Source: Bacteroidales bacterium (GTDB lineage Bacteria; Bacteroidota; Bacteroidia; Bacteroidales; UBA10428). Taken from it: a DNA stretch of 64,000 nt. Below, in pieces: positions 10,132 through 21,187 of the stretch; position 1 is the first letter of the stretch, and each line of letters opens with the position of its first letter. A model generated the notes under the pieces. It was not told the DNA's origin. It made no database searches and saw only the letters and a program-made list of their open reading frames with translations. The position numbers and the translations under genes are program-made. The DNA is taken from contig JAFGQO010000075.1 in the NCBI GenBank assembly GCA_016935615.1, positions 7,765 through 71,764 of the forward strand. Direction: 5' to 3'.

Positions 10132-11889
10132 ATGTACAGAACTCATACATGCGGAGAATTAACCGGTAAATCGGTTGGTAAGAATGTTATCTTATGCGGA
10201 TGGGTGCAGCGTTCGAGAGACCTTGGGGGTATGACCTTTATCGATTTGCGCGACCGCTATGGTATAACACAACTGGTATTCAATATGGAAACCAATGCAA
10301 CCCTTTGTAAGCAGGCCAGAAAACTGGGGCGTGAGTTTGTGATACAGGCAGAGGGTACCGTTGCTGAGCGAAGCAATAAAAACCTGAAAATCCCTACCGG
10401 CAAGATAGAAATTATTGTCAACAGGATAGAAATTCTAAATGCTTCAGAAATACCTCCTTTTACCATTGAAAATGAGACCGATGGCGGAGACGAATTGCGT
10501 ATGAAGTACCGCTATCTCGACCTCAGGCGAAATATCGTGAAAGAAGCCCTCGAACTCAGGCACAAAATGACACAGGAGGTAAGGAATTACCTGAGTAGCA
10601 AAAAATTCATCGAGGTGGAAACGCCCATGCTCATTAAATCCACTCCTGAAGGAGCACGTGATTTTCTTGTGCCTTCTCGTTTAAATGCCGGTCAGTTTTA
10701 TGCATTGCCACAGTCGCCCCAAACATTCAAACAATTGCTGATGATTGCCTGCTATGACCGCTATTTCCAAATTGTTAAATGCTTCCGCGATGAAGATTTT
10801 CGCGCCGATCGTCAGCCGGAATTTACACAAATAGACTGTGAGATGGCTTTTGTGGAGCAGGAAGACGTTCTGAATGCATTTGAAGGACTGGTAAAAGATC
10901 TGCTGTTAAAAATCAAGGGCGTTGAATTTGATGGCCCCTTCCCGAGGCTTTCTTACAACGAGGCAGTGGAAAAATACGGCAATGACAAACCCGATATCCG
11001 CTTTGGCATGATCATCCGTGAATTGTCTGACCTTGTAAAAGGCAAAGGATTCAACGTGTTTGATTCAGTGGAATACATTGGTGGAATTTGTGCCGAAGGG
11101 TGTGCTGAATACAGCCGGAAACAGATGGATGCTCTCACTGATTTTGTAAAAAAACCACAGATCGGGGCCAAAGGACTTGTCTATGTGAAATACAATACCG
11201 ACGGAACATGTAAGTCTTCTGTTGATAAATTCTATAGTGAGGTTGAGCTGAAAAAATGGGCTGCCCTTTTGGAAGCCAAACCCGGTGATTTATTATTAGT
11301 GCTGGCAGGTGATAAAAATGAGACATTGAATGCACTTGGCGAGTTACGCCTGGAAATACGTAACATACTTAACCTGATCAGCAAGGAAATATATGCTCCA
11401 CTTTGGATCCTTGATTTTCCTTTGCTGGAATGGGATGAAGAAACGAAACGCTATTATGCAAAACATCATCCTTTCACTTCCCCGAAGTCAGAGGATATTG
11501 ATCTTCTGGATAAAGATCCTGTTGCAGTGCGCGCCAATGCTTACGATATGGTAATAAACGGTATTGAGGTTGGTGGCGGTTCCATAAGGATACACGACCG
11601 CCAGTTGCAGCAAAAAATGTTTAATATCCTTGGATTCACACAGGAAGAGGCGGAAAAACAATTTGGCTTTCTGATGAATGCATTCCGTTACGGAGCACCT
11701 CCGCACGGTGGCATAGCATTCGGATTCGACCGACTGGTGGCTTTATTTGCCGGACACGATTCTATACGGGATGTTATTGCCTTCCCAAAAAACAATTCCG
11801 GCAGGGATGTCATGATCGACACACCTGCAACAATTTCAGACGGGCATTTAAAAGAATTATCATTACAAGTAGTTCATCAGAAAAAATAG
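10132..11889 (+). CDS. aspS: Aspartate--tRNA ligase
   Basis: [54 protein letters not shown]. Confidence 0.98.
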   Translation: MYRTHTCGELTGKSVGKNVILCGWVQRSRDLGGMTFIDLRDRYGITQLVFNMETNATLCKQARKLGREFVIQAEGTVAERSNKNLKIPTGKIEIIVNRIEILNASEIPPFTIENETDGGDELRMKYRYLDLRRNIVKEALELRHKMTQEVRNYLSSKKFIEVETPMLIKSTPEGARDFLVPSRLNAGQFYALPQSPQTFKQLLMIACYDRYFQIVKCFRDEDFRADRQPEFTQIDCEMAFVEQEDVLNAFEGLVKDLLLKIKGVEFDGPFPRLSYNEAVEKYGNDKPDIRFGMIIRELSDLVKGKGFNVFDSVEYIGGICAEGCAEYSRKQMDALTDFVKKPQIGAKGLVYVKYNTDGTCKSSVDKFYSEVELKKWAALLEAKPGDLLLVLAGDKNETLNALGELRLEIRNILNLISKEIYAPLWILDFPLLEWDEETKRYYAKHHPFTSPKSEDIDLLDKDPVAVRANAYDMVINGIEVGGGSIRIHDRQLQQKMFNILGFTQEEAEKQFGFLMNAFRYGAPPHGGIAFGFDRLVALFAGHDSIRDVIAFPKNNSGRDVMIDTPATISDGHLKELSLQVVHQKK

Positions 11890-11928
11890 AGTACATTAAG
11901 GTCTTAAGGCAGAATATTCGATCAATCA

Positions 11929-12510
11929 ATGAAAAAAATTAAGCTTGGAGCATATCCGTATATCTATCCGATGCCCACAGTAATTGTAGGAACATTAATT
12001 CATGGCAAGCCAAATTTTATTACCATATCCTACGTAGGTGTTGTGCAACATAAACCACCTATGGTATCGGTCACACTTGTGAAAGGTCATTATTCCAATA
12101 CCGGAATTAAAGAAAGCAAAACCTTCAGCATCAACATTCCAAACACAAAATTGCTGAAAGAAACAGATTTCACAGGAATGCATTCCGGGGATAAAATTGA
12201 CAAAGCATCTTTATTTTCGGTGTTTTACGGAAATCTTAAAACAGCACCAATGATCGCTGAAACTCCTCTTAACCTGGAATGCAAACTGGTGGAAGTGATC
12301 AACCTGAAAAATGACAGTGAGATATTCATCGGTGAAATTGTGGAAACATACTCATCGAAGAAATTCATCAGGGAAGGATATCCCTATATGAAAAAACTGG
12401 ATCCTATCCTGTTTTCGATAAATTCCAACAGCTACTATAATATTGGCCGGAGAATAGGCTGGGCATGGAAAACCGGGCTAAAGATCAATCCTGCAAAATG
12501 TAAAAAATGA
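11929..12510 (+). CDS. Flavin reductase (flavoredoxin-like) family protein
   Basis: YPMPTVIVG, APMIAETPLNLECKL, IFIGEIV. Confidence 0.85.
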   Translation: MKKIKLGAYPYIYPMPTVIVGTLIHGKPNFITISYVGVVQHKPPMVSVTLVKGHYSNTGIKESKTFSINIPNTKLLKETDFTGMHSGDKIDKASLFSVFYGNLKTAPMIAETPLNLECKLVEVINLKNDSEIFIGEIVETYSSKKFIREGYPYMKKLDPILFSINSNSYYNIGRRIGWAWKTGLKINPAKCKK

Positions 12511-12520
12511 GAATAATACA

Positions 12521-13060
12521 TCAATCCTCATCAAATACTGTTTCAAGTTCATTCACAAAAGGTGTCACAACGGCAACATTTCTCGGATCGGCCATATCTT
12601 TACTCATAGTACTCAGAGTTTGAGAGCTTTGTTTCAGCATAGCTACCATCTGTTCTTTTTGCTCGGCAGTATAGTTAGGATTACTTTCGATGTCCTTAAT
12701 AGCTTCCTCAAACTCCGGCTGCGCATTCGCACTTTCCCGGTTAATTCTGATTGAGCTGTATGTAATTGCAATAGCTGCTGTTTTCACAAGAAAATCGGTA
12801 TAATCCGTATAGCCGTGCTTTGTTACAATGCTATTTACTTTGTTCAGCATTTCAGCAGCCTCAGGAATTGTAAAATCGTAATTGTCATTATCGTATTTGA
12901 TATCCAGCCTTTCCAGATCTGTTTTGATCTGCGGAAATGCATTGATAAATGTTTTTACATCACTTGATTTAAGTACTATTTGTTCACCCTCTTCCTGTGA
13001 AAAAGTTTGTCCGAATGCAAAGAAAAGGGTAAAAAAACAGGAAATGAATATGCGTTTCAT
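12521..13060 (-). CDS. Exported hypothetical helical protein
   Basis: Signal peptide; 179-aa ORF filling the gap between convergent genes. Confidence 0.7.
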   Translation of the reverse strand: MKRIFISCFFTLFFAFGQTFSQEEGEQIVLKSSDVKTFINAFPQIKTDLERLDIKYDNDNYDFTIPEAAEMLNKVNSIVTKHGYTDYTDFLVKTAAIAITYSSIRINRESANAQPEFEEAIKDIESNPNYTAEQKEQMVAMLKQSSQTLSTMSKDMADPRNVAVVTPFVNELETVFDED

Positions 13061-13181
13061 AATGTCAGGTATTTAATGAATGAATAATTTCAAAATTACA
13101 CGAATAAAGCGATCTATTCAAGCACAAATGAGAATCCGGTACAGAAAAAATAGAATTTATCCCTTTTTTGTTATTATTTAT

Positions 13182-15095
13182 CTATGGATACAATGGAAGA
13201 GTGTCTGCAAGCAGGTTTTTATTTAACCTGTAAAAATAATTCTGCAGATAAGCTTTTGTCAGAGTTTCAAGGAATGCATAGTTTGTGTCAGAGGATTGCT
13301 TAAGGTTTTCATCCGATAACGAATCCATGAAATGCGATTGAACCTGCAATACACTCCGGCCATCGAAAATTATAACAAACGAAGAGTCTATTGCCTGATA
13401 GTTAACTCCCGATTTGCTAACTGCAAATTTGTATTCATCCCTGAAAATGCTTTCCCCAAAGGATACAAAGGCTTTTGGATAGCCCAAATAGTCCAGAATG
13501 GAAGGAACAATATCCAGTTGTTGAGTAATGTCATTGTATATCCCTGTGAGAGAGCTGTCGGCACTGCAATAATATACAATGGGTATACGGTTCTGAATGA
13601 ACTTGGATTCATCTTTGAAATGACTTGAGACATGATCCGGACAAATTACAAACAATGTATTCTCATACCATTTCATTTTTTTTACAGTTTCGAAAAACTT
13701 ATACAAGGAATAATCAGTATAGCTAATGCTCCTGAGTATTTTGTTTTCTTTTGGAAAAAATTCATTTCTGTATCGCTTCGGAATGGGGTATGGCTCATGA
13801 GATGACAAAGAAAACAATACGGCCAGAAAGGGTTCTTTAAACGTATTCACTGTTTCGGCTGTATACTGAAAAAACTCTTCATCGTATATACCCCAGGCAC
13901 CATCAAAATATTCTTCATTATTGAATTCACTTCGTCCGTAATACATATCTATGCCTGCCATCTGACAGAATTTGTCAAAACCCATGGTCCCATTCATTCC
14001 TCCGTGAAAAAATGCTGTTTGATAGCCTTCATCTTTCAAAATGGATCCAAGTCCCCGAATGGTATTCACCGAGTATGCCGAACTTACAAAAGCAGTTTTT
14101 AAATACGAAGGGAACCCTCCGATAATTGTAGGTAAAGCATTAATTGAATTGCCTGCATTTGCATAGGCATTACTGCAGAACATACCTTCTTCAGATAAAG
14201 TATTGAAAAACGGAGTAAAACTTCTTCCATCCCTGCTTTTAGCCTCCGTAAAATTTTTTCCGTAACTTTCAAGAATGATGATACACACATTTTTTGGTTT
14301 CATATTAACCGATTGATGAAGATCTTTCACCGGACTATAGATCCCCGTTAACTCTTCCGGTGAAAAAAAATCGTCAACAGCTTCAGCATGCTGGTTGATC
14401 GTGTTCAGAATCACAAAAGGGGTATTGAACAACAAAGGAATGTATTTCGGTTTTACATAGTTGTTTGCTGAAATGATCCTGACAGGTTTTGCTTCCAAAC
14501 CCCTGACATAAGCAAAACCAACTCCCAGCAAAACAATAGCCAACAGAGGAATACTAATTTTGTTAATCAACGGTTTTGGAAAATCCCTGTAATTCTTAAT
14601 GATCAGTTTTGGATAAAAGCGTATCAAAAAATATATTGACGCTGCCCACATAAGTAAAAGATGCCAGTAGTTGATAATGTAATGAGGAATAAGACTCAAT
14701 GTATCCTTGCTGCTAATAAGCACATCTATTAAATCCCAACCGCTGCGTTTTTTACTGAATTCAAAATACTCGATGTCAATAAAATTCGCCATCAGCAAAA
14801 CTGAATTCACTACTACGAACAACCATTTTAAAAATTTCTGAAACCCTTGAGTGCCGGTTATCTTAAACGGGAACAAGTGTAACAATATATAAAGTATATT
14901 CAAATAGTATACGACAATAAAATCGAACCTGAATCCGAAAAAGAAGGCTCTAAAAAACTGGTTCCAATCGATCGGGACAAAATACCTCAGAGAAAACAAA
15001 AAGAATAATATTCTTGTAACTGAAAACAGGATAAGTATCAGAACAAGACGTTTGAGCAATGCAATAAGATGTGTAATAAAAACGGAGATATTCAT
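13182..15095 (-). CDS. LTA synthase / sulfatase-family membrane protein
   Basis: Five N-terminal TMs, then NVCIIILES, FFHGG, SLSSHEPY, ICPDH; start placed at ATG 15095. Confidence 0.85.
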   Translation of the reverse strand: MNISVFITHLIALLKRLVLILILFSVTRILFFLFSLRYFVPIDWNQFFRAFFFGFRFDFIVVYYLNILYILLHLFPFKITGTQGFQKFLKWLFVVVNSVLLMANFIDIEYFEFSKKRSGWDLIDVLISSKDTLSLIPHYIINYWHLLLMWAASIYFLIRFYPKLIIKNYRDFPKPLINKISIPLLAIVLLGVGFAYVRGLEAKPVRIISANNYVKPKYIPLLFNTPFVILNTINQHAEAVDDFFSPEELTGIYSPVKDLHQSVNMKPKNVCIIILESYGKNFTEAKSRDGRSFTPFFNTLSEEGMFCSNAYANAGNSINALPTIIGGFPSYLKTAFVSSAYSVNTIRGLGSILKDEGYQTAFFHGGMNGTMGFDKFCQMAGIDMYYGRSEFNNEEYFDGAWGIYDEEFFQYTAETVNTFKEPFLAVLFSLSSHEPYPIPKRYRNEFFPKENKILRSISYTDYSLYKFFETVKKMKWYENTLFVICPDHVSSHFKDESKFIQNRIPIVYYCSADSSLTGIYNDITQQLDIVPSILDYLGYPKAFVSFGESIFRDEYKFAVSKSGVNYQAIDSSFVIIFDGRSVLQVQSHFMDSLSDENLKQSSDTNYAFLETLTKAYLQNYFYRLNKNLLADTLPLYP

Positions 15096-15128
15096 TCTTG
15101 AATTCTTACAGAACAAAAGAAGCAATTT

Positions 15129-16916
15129 CTAGTCAAGTTTCAAAACAGCAAGAAATGCTGATTGTGGAACTTCCACATTCCCAACCTGTCTCATGCGTTT
15201 TTTCCCTTTCTTTTGTTTTTCCAGCAATTTACGTTTTCTGGTTATATCACCACCATAACATTTTGCAGTCACATCTTTCCTCACAGCTTTAACTGTTTCA
15301 CGGGCAATTATTTTTGACCCGATAGCTGCCTGGATGGCAATATCAAATTGTTGACGAGGAATCAGTTCTTTCAGTTTTTCACAGATCCTCCTGCCAAAAG
15401 AATAGGCATGGTCCCTGTGTATCAGGGCCGATAGTGCATCTACCATTTCTCCGTTCAGCAGAATATCAAGACGAACAAGATGCGCGGGCCGATACTCTGT
15501 TTGGTGGTAATCGAAAGAAGCATATCCTTTTGAAATACTCTTCAGTTTGTCATAAAAATCAAAGACGATTTCAGATAACGGCATGTCAAAAGTTACCTCT
15601 ACTCTATCGCTTGTCAGGTAGACCTGATTTTTAAGAGTTCCTCTTTTGTCGATGCACAATTTCATTATGGAGCCGACGTATTCCGATTTTGAAATGATCT
15701 GTGCATCAATATAAGGTTCTTCCACATGTTCAAGAATATTCGGACCCGGCATGCCTGAAGGATTGTGAACATCTATAACCTCTCCTTTTGTTGTGAAAGC
15801 TTTGAATGATACATTGGGAACTGTTGTGATCACATCCATATCAAATTCACGGTCGAGTCGTTCCTGAACAATTTCCATATGAAGCAGTCCGAGAAATCCG
15901 CAACGAAAACCAAAGCCAAGAGCCGCTGAAGATTCGGGTTCAAAGATCAGGGATGCATCATTTAACTGCAGCTTTTCCATGGAGGCACGCAATTCTTCAT
16001 AGTCATCGGCATCAACAGGGTAAACACCTGCAAACACCATGGGTTTCACATCTTCAAAACCTTCAATTTCCTTATTGCATGGTCGCTCAACATGCGTAAT
16101 AGTGTCTCCCACTCTTACTTCGCGTGAGCTTTTTATCCCTGAAATAATATATCCAACATCACCGGCACTCAGTTCTTTTCTCGGTTCAGGTTTTATCTTC
16201 AATATTCCTATTTCATCCGCATCATACTCTTTGCCGGTGGCCACAAATTTCACATTGTCTCCTGTTCTAATGGTTCCGTTTATTATTTTAAAATAGGCGA
16301 AAATTCCTCTGTATGAATTAAAGACAGAATCGAAGATCAGGGCCTGAAGAGGTGCATCGGGGGCTCCAACCGGAGGAGGTATTTTTCTTACAATTTCAGC
16401 AAGTATGCGATCAACACCCTGGCCGGTCTTTCCACTGGATTCAATAATATCCTCTGCTCTACAGCCAATCAGATCAACAATCTGATCCCTCACCTCATCG
16501 GGCATTGCGCTGGCCATATCCATTTTGTTCATTACAGGTATAATTTCCAGGTCGTGTTCAATGGCAAGGTATAGATTGGAGATCGTTTGTGCCTGAATTC
16601 CCTGGGTTGCATCAACAATTAGCAAAGCACCCTCGCATGCGGCAATAGAACGGGAAACTTCATAGGAAAAATCGACATGACCAGGAGTATCTATAAGGTT
16701 CAAAATATAATTTTTACCTTCTAGCTCATAGTTCATCTGTATTGCATGACTTTTAATTGTAATCCCTCTTTCACGTTCCAGATCCATGCTGTCCAGTACC
16801 TGATCCTGAAAATCCCTTTCTTCCAATGTGTTTGTGGCAAGAAGAAGCCTGTCGGCCAGGGTGCTCTTCCCATGATCGATATGCGCAATGATACAAAAGT
16901 TGCGTATGTGGTTCAT
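15129..16916 (-). CDS. lepA: Elongation factor 4
   Basis: [46 protein letters not shown]. Confidence 0.98.
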   Translation of the reverse strand: MNHIRNFCIIAHIDHGKSTLADRLLLATNTLEERDFQDQVLDSMDLERERGITIKSHAIQMNYELEGKNYILNLIDTPGHVDFSYEVSRSIAACEGALLIVDATQGIQAQTISNLYLAIEHDLEIIPVMNKMDMASAMPDEVRDQIVDLIGCRAEDIIESSGKTGQGVDRILAEIVRKIPPPVGAPDAPLQALIFDSVFNSYRGIFAYFKIINGTIRTGDNVKFVATGKEYDADEIGILKIKPEPRKELSAGDVGYIISGIKSSREVRVGDTITHVERPCNKEIEGFEDVKPMVFAGVYPVDADDYEELRASMEKLQLNDASLIFEPESSAALGFGFRCGFLGLLHMEIVQERLDREFDMDVITTVPNVSFKAFTTKGEVIDVHNPSGMPGPNILEHVEEPYIDAQIISKSEYVGSIMKLCIDKRGTLKNQVYLTSDRVEVTFDMPLSEIVFDFYDKLKSISKGYASFDYHQTEYRPAHLVRLDILLNGEMVDALSALIHRDHAYSFGRRICEKLKELIPRQQFDIAIQAAIGSKIIARETVKAVRKDVTAKCYGGDITRKRKLLEKQKKGKKRMRQVGNVEVPQSAFLAVLKLD

Positions 16917-16940
16917 GCAATAAGATGTTTTTTCAGCGGA

Positions 16941-16948
16941 CAAAGATA
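16941..16948 (-). promoter_or_regulatory. -7 promoter element for lepA (TATCTTTG)
   Basis: Exact TAnnTTTG on the minus strand, 25 nt upstream of the ATG. Confidence 0.55.
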
Positions 16949-16993
16949 TTTATTTCGCATAATATCTGATGAGGAACAGAATCTGAATTTATA

Positions 16994-17713
16994 TTATTGC
17001 TTCTGCAATGTGAATAAAATTTCGTTCAGATAATTCACTGCAATAACACTATCGTTTTCTTTCCTGACATTCAGTTTATTTTTCCTGATAAACTTCCTGA
17101 GCTGAACCTTATATTCCGGAAAATTACGGTATAAAAAATTTCTGCCTAATCTGATATGCAAATATTCATTATTAACCAGAGTAAAGTAGCTGAATCCATT
17201 AATAAACTCCTCGATGTATTTACTATTCGCATCATGAATAGGTAAAATTTCTTTGTAATTCAATTTGTAAAGAGAAACTTTCCCTTCAGTCAATACTTCA
17301 AAATAACAACCATCGTATACCTTTGTTTTTGAATTTACGTCAAGGATCTTTTTGAAGGTTTTATTAGTATTGTTTATTTCTGCAACGAAACCAGTTATAT
17401 GTTCTTTTTCAGCAATCACCAATCGTTTTAAATTTTCCTGATAGATAATGATCCTGTGAGCAAAAGCATCCAGTTTAAATTGAACATCGCCCATCTTATT
17501 TCCGTCATCCAGATAAATGGTCCCAAGCATCCAGTCATCCAACAGATAAGCTGAACCTTTAACCTGTTTATACTCTGAGAAAAACACTTCCCCTTTCAAA
17601 GTGTTGTATTTCAATTCAGGATATACATCAGAGGCAAGAACCACCTGCTGAGATTTTAAATTTGGAGTCAGCAACAATAAGATAAGAAATAGTGTCAATT
17701 GATAGCTCTTCAT
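16994..17713 (-). CDS. Exported hypothetical protein (GSxYL..W..G family), last gene of the TBDR locus
   Basis: Signal peptide from MKSYQ; KGSAYLLDDWMLG; C-terminal LRKFIRKNKL. Confidence 0.7.
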   Translation of the reverse strand: MKSYQLTLFLILLLLTPNLKSQQVVLASDVYPELKYNTLKGEVFFSEYKQVKGSAYLLDDWMLGTIYLDDGNKMGDVQFKLDAFAHRIIIYQENLKRLVIAEKEHITGFVAEINNTNKTFKKILDVNSKTKVYDGCYFEVLTEGKVSLYKLNYKEILPIHDANSKYIEEFINGFSYFTLVNNEYLHIRLGRNFLYRNFPEYKVQLRKFIRKNKLNVRKENDSVIAVNYLNEILFTLQKQ

Positions 17714-17729
17714 CTGGTTTTTATGTATT

Positions 17730-20075
17730 TTATTCCACAACAGAAATCGTTTCTTTTAGAAATACCGGATCACCATTTTCCGAAAATCCACGAATGTCAA
17801 TGATATATTCACCCAACTCATCAGTGGTAATAAATTCTATTTCTGATTTATCATTGTTTTTCAAAGTAAGTTCAGGATCCCAGTAAAGTTGATTCTTAAA
17901 GTCAGGATGCCTTTCCCATTTATCCGCTTTTTCATTTATAAGATCCGAAAAGTCAGGAGCATAAGTATATCCGGGTATGGAGTAGGAAGTTCTTTCATCC
18001 GGCTGAAAGTTATTCATCCTGTAATCAAGGCTTGTATATATAGCAACAAGACCATTATACAAATAGTTGCCTGCTATTCTATACCCCGATTGTACCTCAA
18101 TTCTCTGAATATCATCGGAATTCAGCATTTGCAGATCGCACAAATCGGATACCGGCAATCCGTCAAGAATAATAAGAGGAGTATATGATTTGACTCCATC
18201 CTTTATATGATTCACGATCATTTCACAATCGGAATTGCCTGCTTTGTACCTCGCTCTTGGAACAATTTCGCGAATGATTTCACTAAAATTCGGGAGGAAA
18301 AAAAACTCATCCGGAAAAACTGTAAGTGCAGGTTCTCCATAAAAAGGCACCTGAGAATATGGTATATTGATCAGACTGTCAAATTTATCAGTATTTATAT
18401 TCCCAAATGCACGCTGTATTAACATTCGCTGGGTTTCATCCTCGAGTTCATGAAGAAATCTTGAATCAGCATAGCTGGTAATACTTGTTTTCCCATTGTT
18501 ATGAGAGGAATAATAGAATTTTTCGTCCGGCAAAATATCAAATTTCCCTTTAATGCGGCTACTTGTTCCAAATAAGTCAATAATCCCCGGCTGATTCAGA
18601 TATTTATCAATAAGAAAAGCAAATCTGCCTTCAGAATCGGTTAGACTAGATTGCATATCAGGCAAAGTATCTTTAATGGAAAGAATTGCTTCAATACCTG
18701 AAACATCAAATCCTTCGTACTTGTTGTCTATTTTCCCTGAATAAATGATGCCAATATCTTCCACCGGATATTTTACATTATCTTGTGTAAGTATTCTGTC
18801 AATTCTATCATTATGACCTGATCCTGAGATAAGAGGATATAGCAAATACATGTTACCAACAAGATCCATAAAGTATTTTGTATTAAAATCGAGAAAAATC
18901 AGGTCATTTACCCCTGCATTTACAGAAGGCTCTTTCTTGTATATTCCAACAGAAACATCCAATACCTTCTCACTGTTCTTATTGTTATTGTAGACTATGA
19001 AATCATTTTTTGAATTGCTTTTCACTTCCTTGTCTGATGAGGCTATACATACAGTATTGTTTTCAGGCAAAATAAAAGATTGCCTGGCAAGGATTTTCCC
19101 TTGATTGTCTTTCAGTGCAAGATCCATTTTCCCATGAGCGTCTCCCTTTACCGGGATCTTCAGATCTTTTTGAAATTCGTTATTCCGTATCTCTACAGAA
19201 TGAACCGTTTCATTTCCCTTCATAATTTTCAGAAGTACCTGTTTTATGGAAGTACCGCTTTCATTTACCTGCAACGTGATTTCCCGGTCATTTGCTTCAA
19301 CTATATTAATGAAATACCCTGAATATTGAACTTCCGGTAAATTTATCCGATAGGTTTCTTCGTGGGAATCCTCAAAAATGAAACTATACCTTGAAGACCA
19401 TTGAGGTGTTAGTGAAAAACGTGCCAATCCTGTACGATCAATGAGTACCTGGTGATAAATCGTGCTATCTTCCATTATTTCGACCAGTTTTCCTGAAATG
19501 GTACTGCCAAATAAACCTGGAAAATGAATTACAATTTCCGTTTGCACATTATGGACCAGGTCCCCTCCTTTGATATAAACATCAGGTTCAGGCTGAAAGA
19601 AATATGCCAGGTTTTCAGTTGAATTGTCTTCATCATAATTGTTATATATATAAACAGGAACGGAAAAGAAGCGATTTTCATCGAAGTTTTTCATCCAGTT
19701 TGTATAGCCCTTTAAAAAATACATTCCTGATGAAAGAGTATCAGGGATTACAATACATGATGCAGATCTGCCCTCTTTCAATTTTAAAATCTGACCAAGT
19801 ATGTGTTGCTTTTTATAATTCACAAGTTCAACATAAAGTACCCGGCTATACACCTGAAAAGGATTTTCCATATTGGAAAGACAATATGCACTATACCAGA
19901 TCCTTTCGCCCGAAATAAAGCAATCCCGTCCTATATTCAGATGTACCTTTTCTTTGTATATTTCAGAAGCTTCTTTTCCAAAAATACATATCGAGAACAG
20001 CATGAATGTGCATGACAAAAAACCTATAACCGGCAATTTCTTTTTATTCAGGTTCATCTTTTTTATTTCTTTCAA
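17730..20075 (-). CDS. Large exported protein with macroglobulin-like (MG) terminal domains and a plug-like segment
   Basis: EKVHLNIGRDCFISGERIWY; PLIILDG...IQRIEV...GLVAIYT; DFKNQLYWDP. Confidence 0.75.
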   Translation of the reverse strand: MKEIKKMNLNKKKLPVIGFLSCTFMLFSICIFGKEASEIYKEKVHLNIGRDCFISGERIWYSAYCLSNMENPFQVYSRVLYVELVNYKKQHILGQILKLKEGRSASCIVIPDTLSSGMYFLKGYTNWMKNFDENRFFSVPVYIYNNYDEDNSTENLAYFFQPEPDVYIKGGDLVHNVQTEIVIHFPGLFGSTISGKLVEIMEDSTIYHQVLIDRTGLARFSLTPQWSSRYSFIFEDSHEETYRINLPEVQYSGYFINIVEANDREITLQVNESGTSIKQVLLKIMKGNETVHSVEIRNNEFQKDLKIPVKGDAHGKMDLALKDNQGKILARQSFILPENNTVCIASSDKEVKSNSKNDFIVYNNNKNSEKVLDVSVGIYKKEPSVNAGVNDLIFLDFNTKYFMDLVGNMYLLYPLISGSGHNDRIDRILTQDNVKYPVEDIGIIYSGKIDNKYEGFDVSGIEAILSIKDTLPDMQSSLTDSEGRFAFLIDKYLNQPGIIDLFGTSSRIKGKFDILPDEKFYYSSHNNGKTSITSYADSRFLHELEDETQRMLIQRAFGNINTDKFDSLINIPYSQVPFYGEPALTVFPDEFFFLPNFSEIIREIVPRARYKAGNSDCEMIVNHIKDGVKSYTPLIILDGLPVSDLCDLQMLNSDDIQRIEVQSGYRIAGNYLYNGLVAIYTSLDYRMNNFQPDERTSYSIPGYTYAPDFSDLINEKADKWERHPDFKNQLYWDPELTLKNNDKSEIEFITTDELGEYIIDIRGFSENGDPVFLKETISVVE

Positions 20076-21179
20076 CTAATAAGGCACCCTGATCCAGTCA
20101 TCGGGCATTCCCCAATGACAGGTATCCAGATACAATTGCGGAAAGCTGTCAATATCAATAGAAGTTGTCAGATTTCTGTAATCAATATAGAAATAGGCAT
20201 ATTTCAAAGATGCATGCGATGCACTAAAAACACCAATTGTGTTTTTAGTGGAATCACTCACACACTTTATATTTCCTTTCAATTGTGATGCTACAGGATC
20301 GAATAACCGTCCTTCCGCTTCAAGCTGCAATTCAGCCTCTCTCCAGAATGAATACGCATCATCGGAAATAGACAATTGCTCCAGTCTGAACAATAATCCT
20401 TCAAATCTGGAATCTAATAATACATACATTGTATCCGGAAAAGGTTGAACATAATTTGACATATCTTCGGTCGTAATAAAAACCATTTCACGATTCCTGA
20501 TGTTATAATCGGCATAATCATCAGCATTCCCCGTTTTTATAACATCACGATATTTTCTGCTTATTCTATTGTGCCGATAAAAATAAAAATAAGACATCCC
20601 CATAGGATCTGTGACAACTGTTACATTTTGAATGTATGCATCCCAGCGATAGAAATAATAATTGTGAAAAGGCAATATTCCTGATGTTTCACAAAATATA
20701 TCAATGCCGCCCATTTTTATTTCATATACATCCCCATTGACGTTTTCAGTAAGTATGGTCTCCTGATCATACCTGCATGTCAGTTTTGATAGTTCAGGAC
20801 TTTCAATCACGGTCTGTGGCGTAGATTCGAAAACATCTCCTTCAGGAGTAACAATTCTGAGCACGTATGTTCTGCCAATCTCAGCCTGATAAATATGATT
20901 GGTATCCGTTATATATATACCAACCCCGTAATAATCAAAAGGAATTATTGTTCCCAGATCATCTTCGATCTCAACACGTGCATTATCGACATAATCATAA
21001 TACGGACGTTCGTTAAAAGAGCGTGTGTAGGTTATTTTTACCAGGTGATTTTCAGGTAAAGAAGTAAACATCCCCTCAATCATTATGACCGGTTCAGGAT
21101 CTTCGATTTCCGGAACATAAACTTCCTGGCATCCCGTCAGCACAATTGCCGATAATACTATGACAATATAATTTCTCAT
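20076..21179 (-). CDS. DUF4249 family lipoprotein
   Basis: Lipobox LTGC; VIMIEG; GRLFDPVASQLKGNI...GVF; lies downstream of a TBDR. Confidence 0.85.
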   Translation of the reverse strand: MRNYIVIVLSAIVLTGCQEVYVPEIEDPEPVIMIEGMFTSLPENHLVKITYTRSFNERPYYDYVDNARVEIEDDLGTIIPFDYYGVGIYITDTNHIYQAEIGRTYVLRIVTPEGDVFESTPQTVIESPELSKLTCRYDQETILTENVNGDVYEIKMGGIDIFCETSGILPFHNYYFYRWDAYIQNVTVVTDPMGMSYFYFYRHNRISRKYRDVIKTGNADDYADYNIRNREMVFITTEDMSNYVQPFPDTMYVLLDSRFEGLLFRLEQLSISDDAYSFWREAELQLEAEGRLFDPVASQLKGNIKCVSDSTKNTIGVFSASHASLKYAYFYIDYRNLTTSIDIDSFPQLYLDTCHWGMPDDWIRVPY

Positions 21180-21187
21180 CTGTGTTT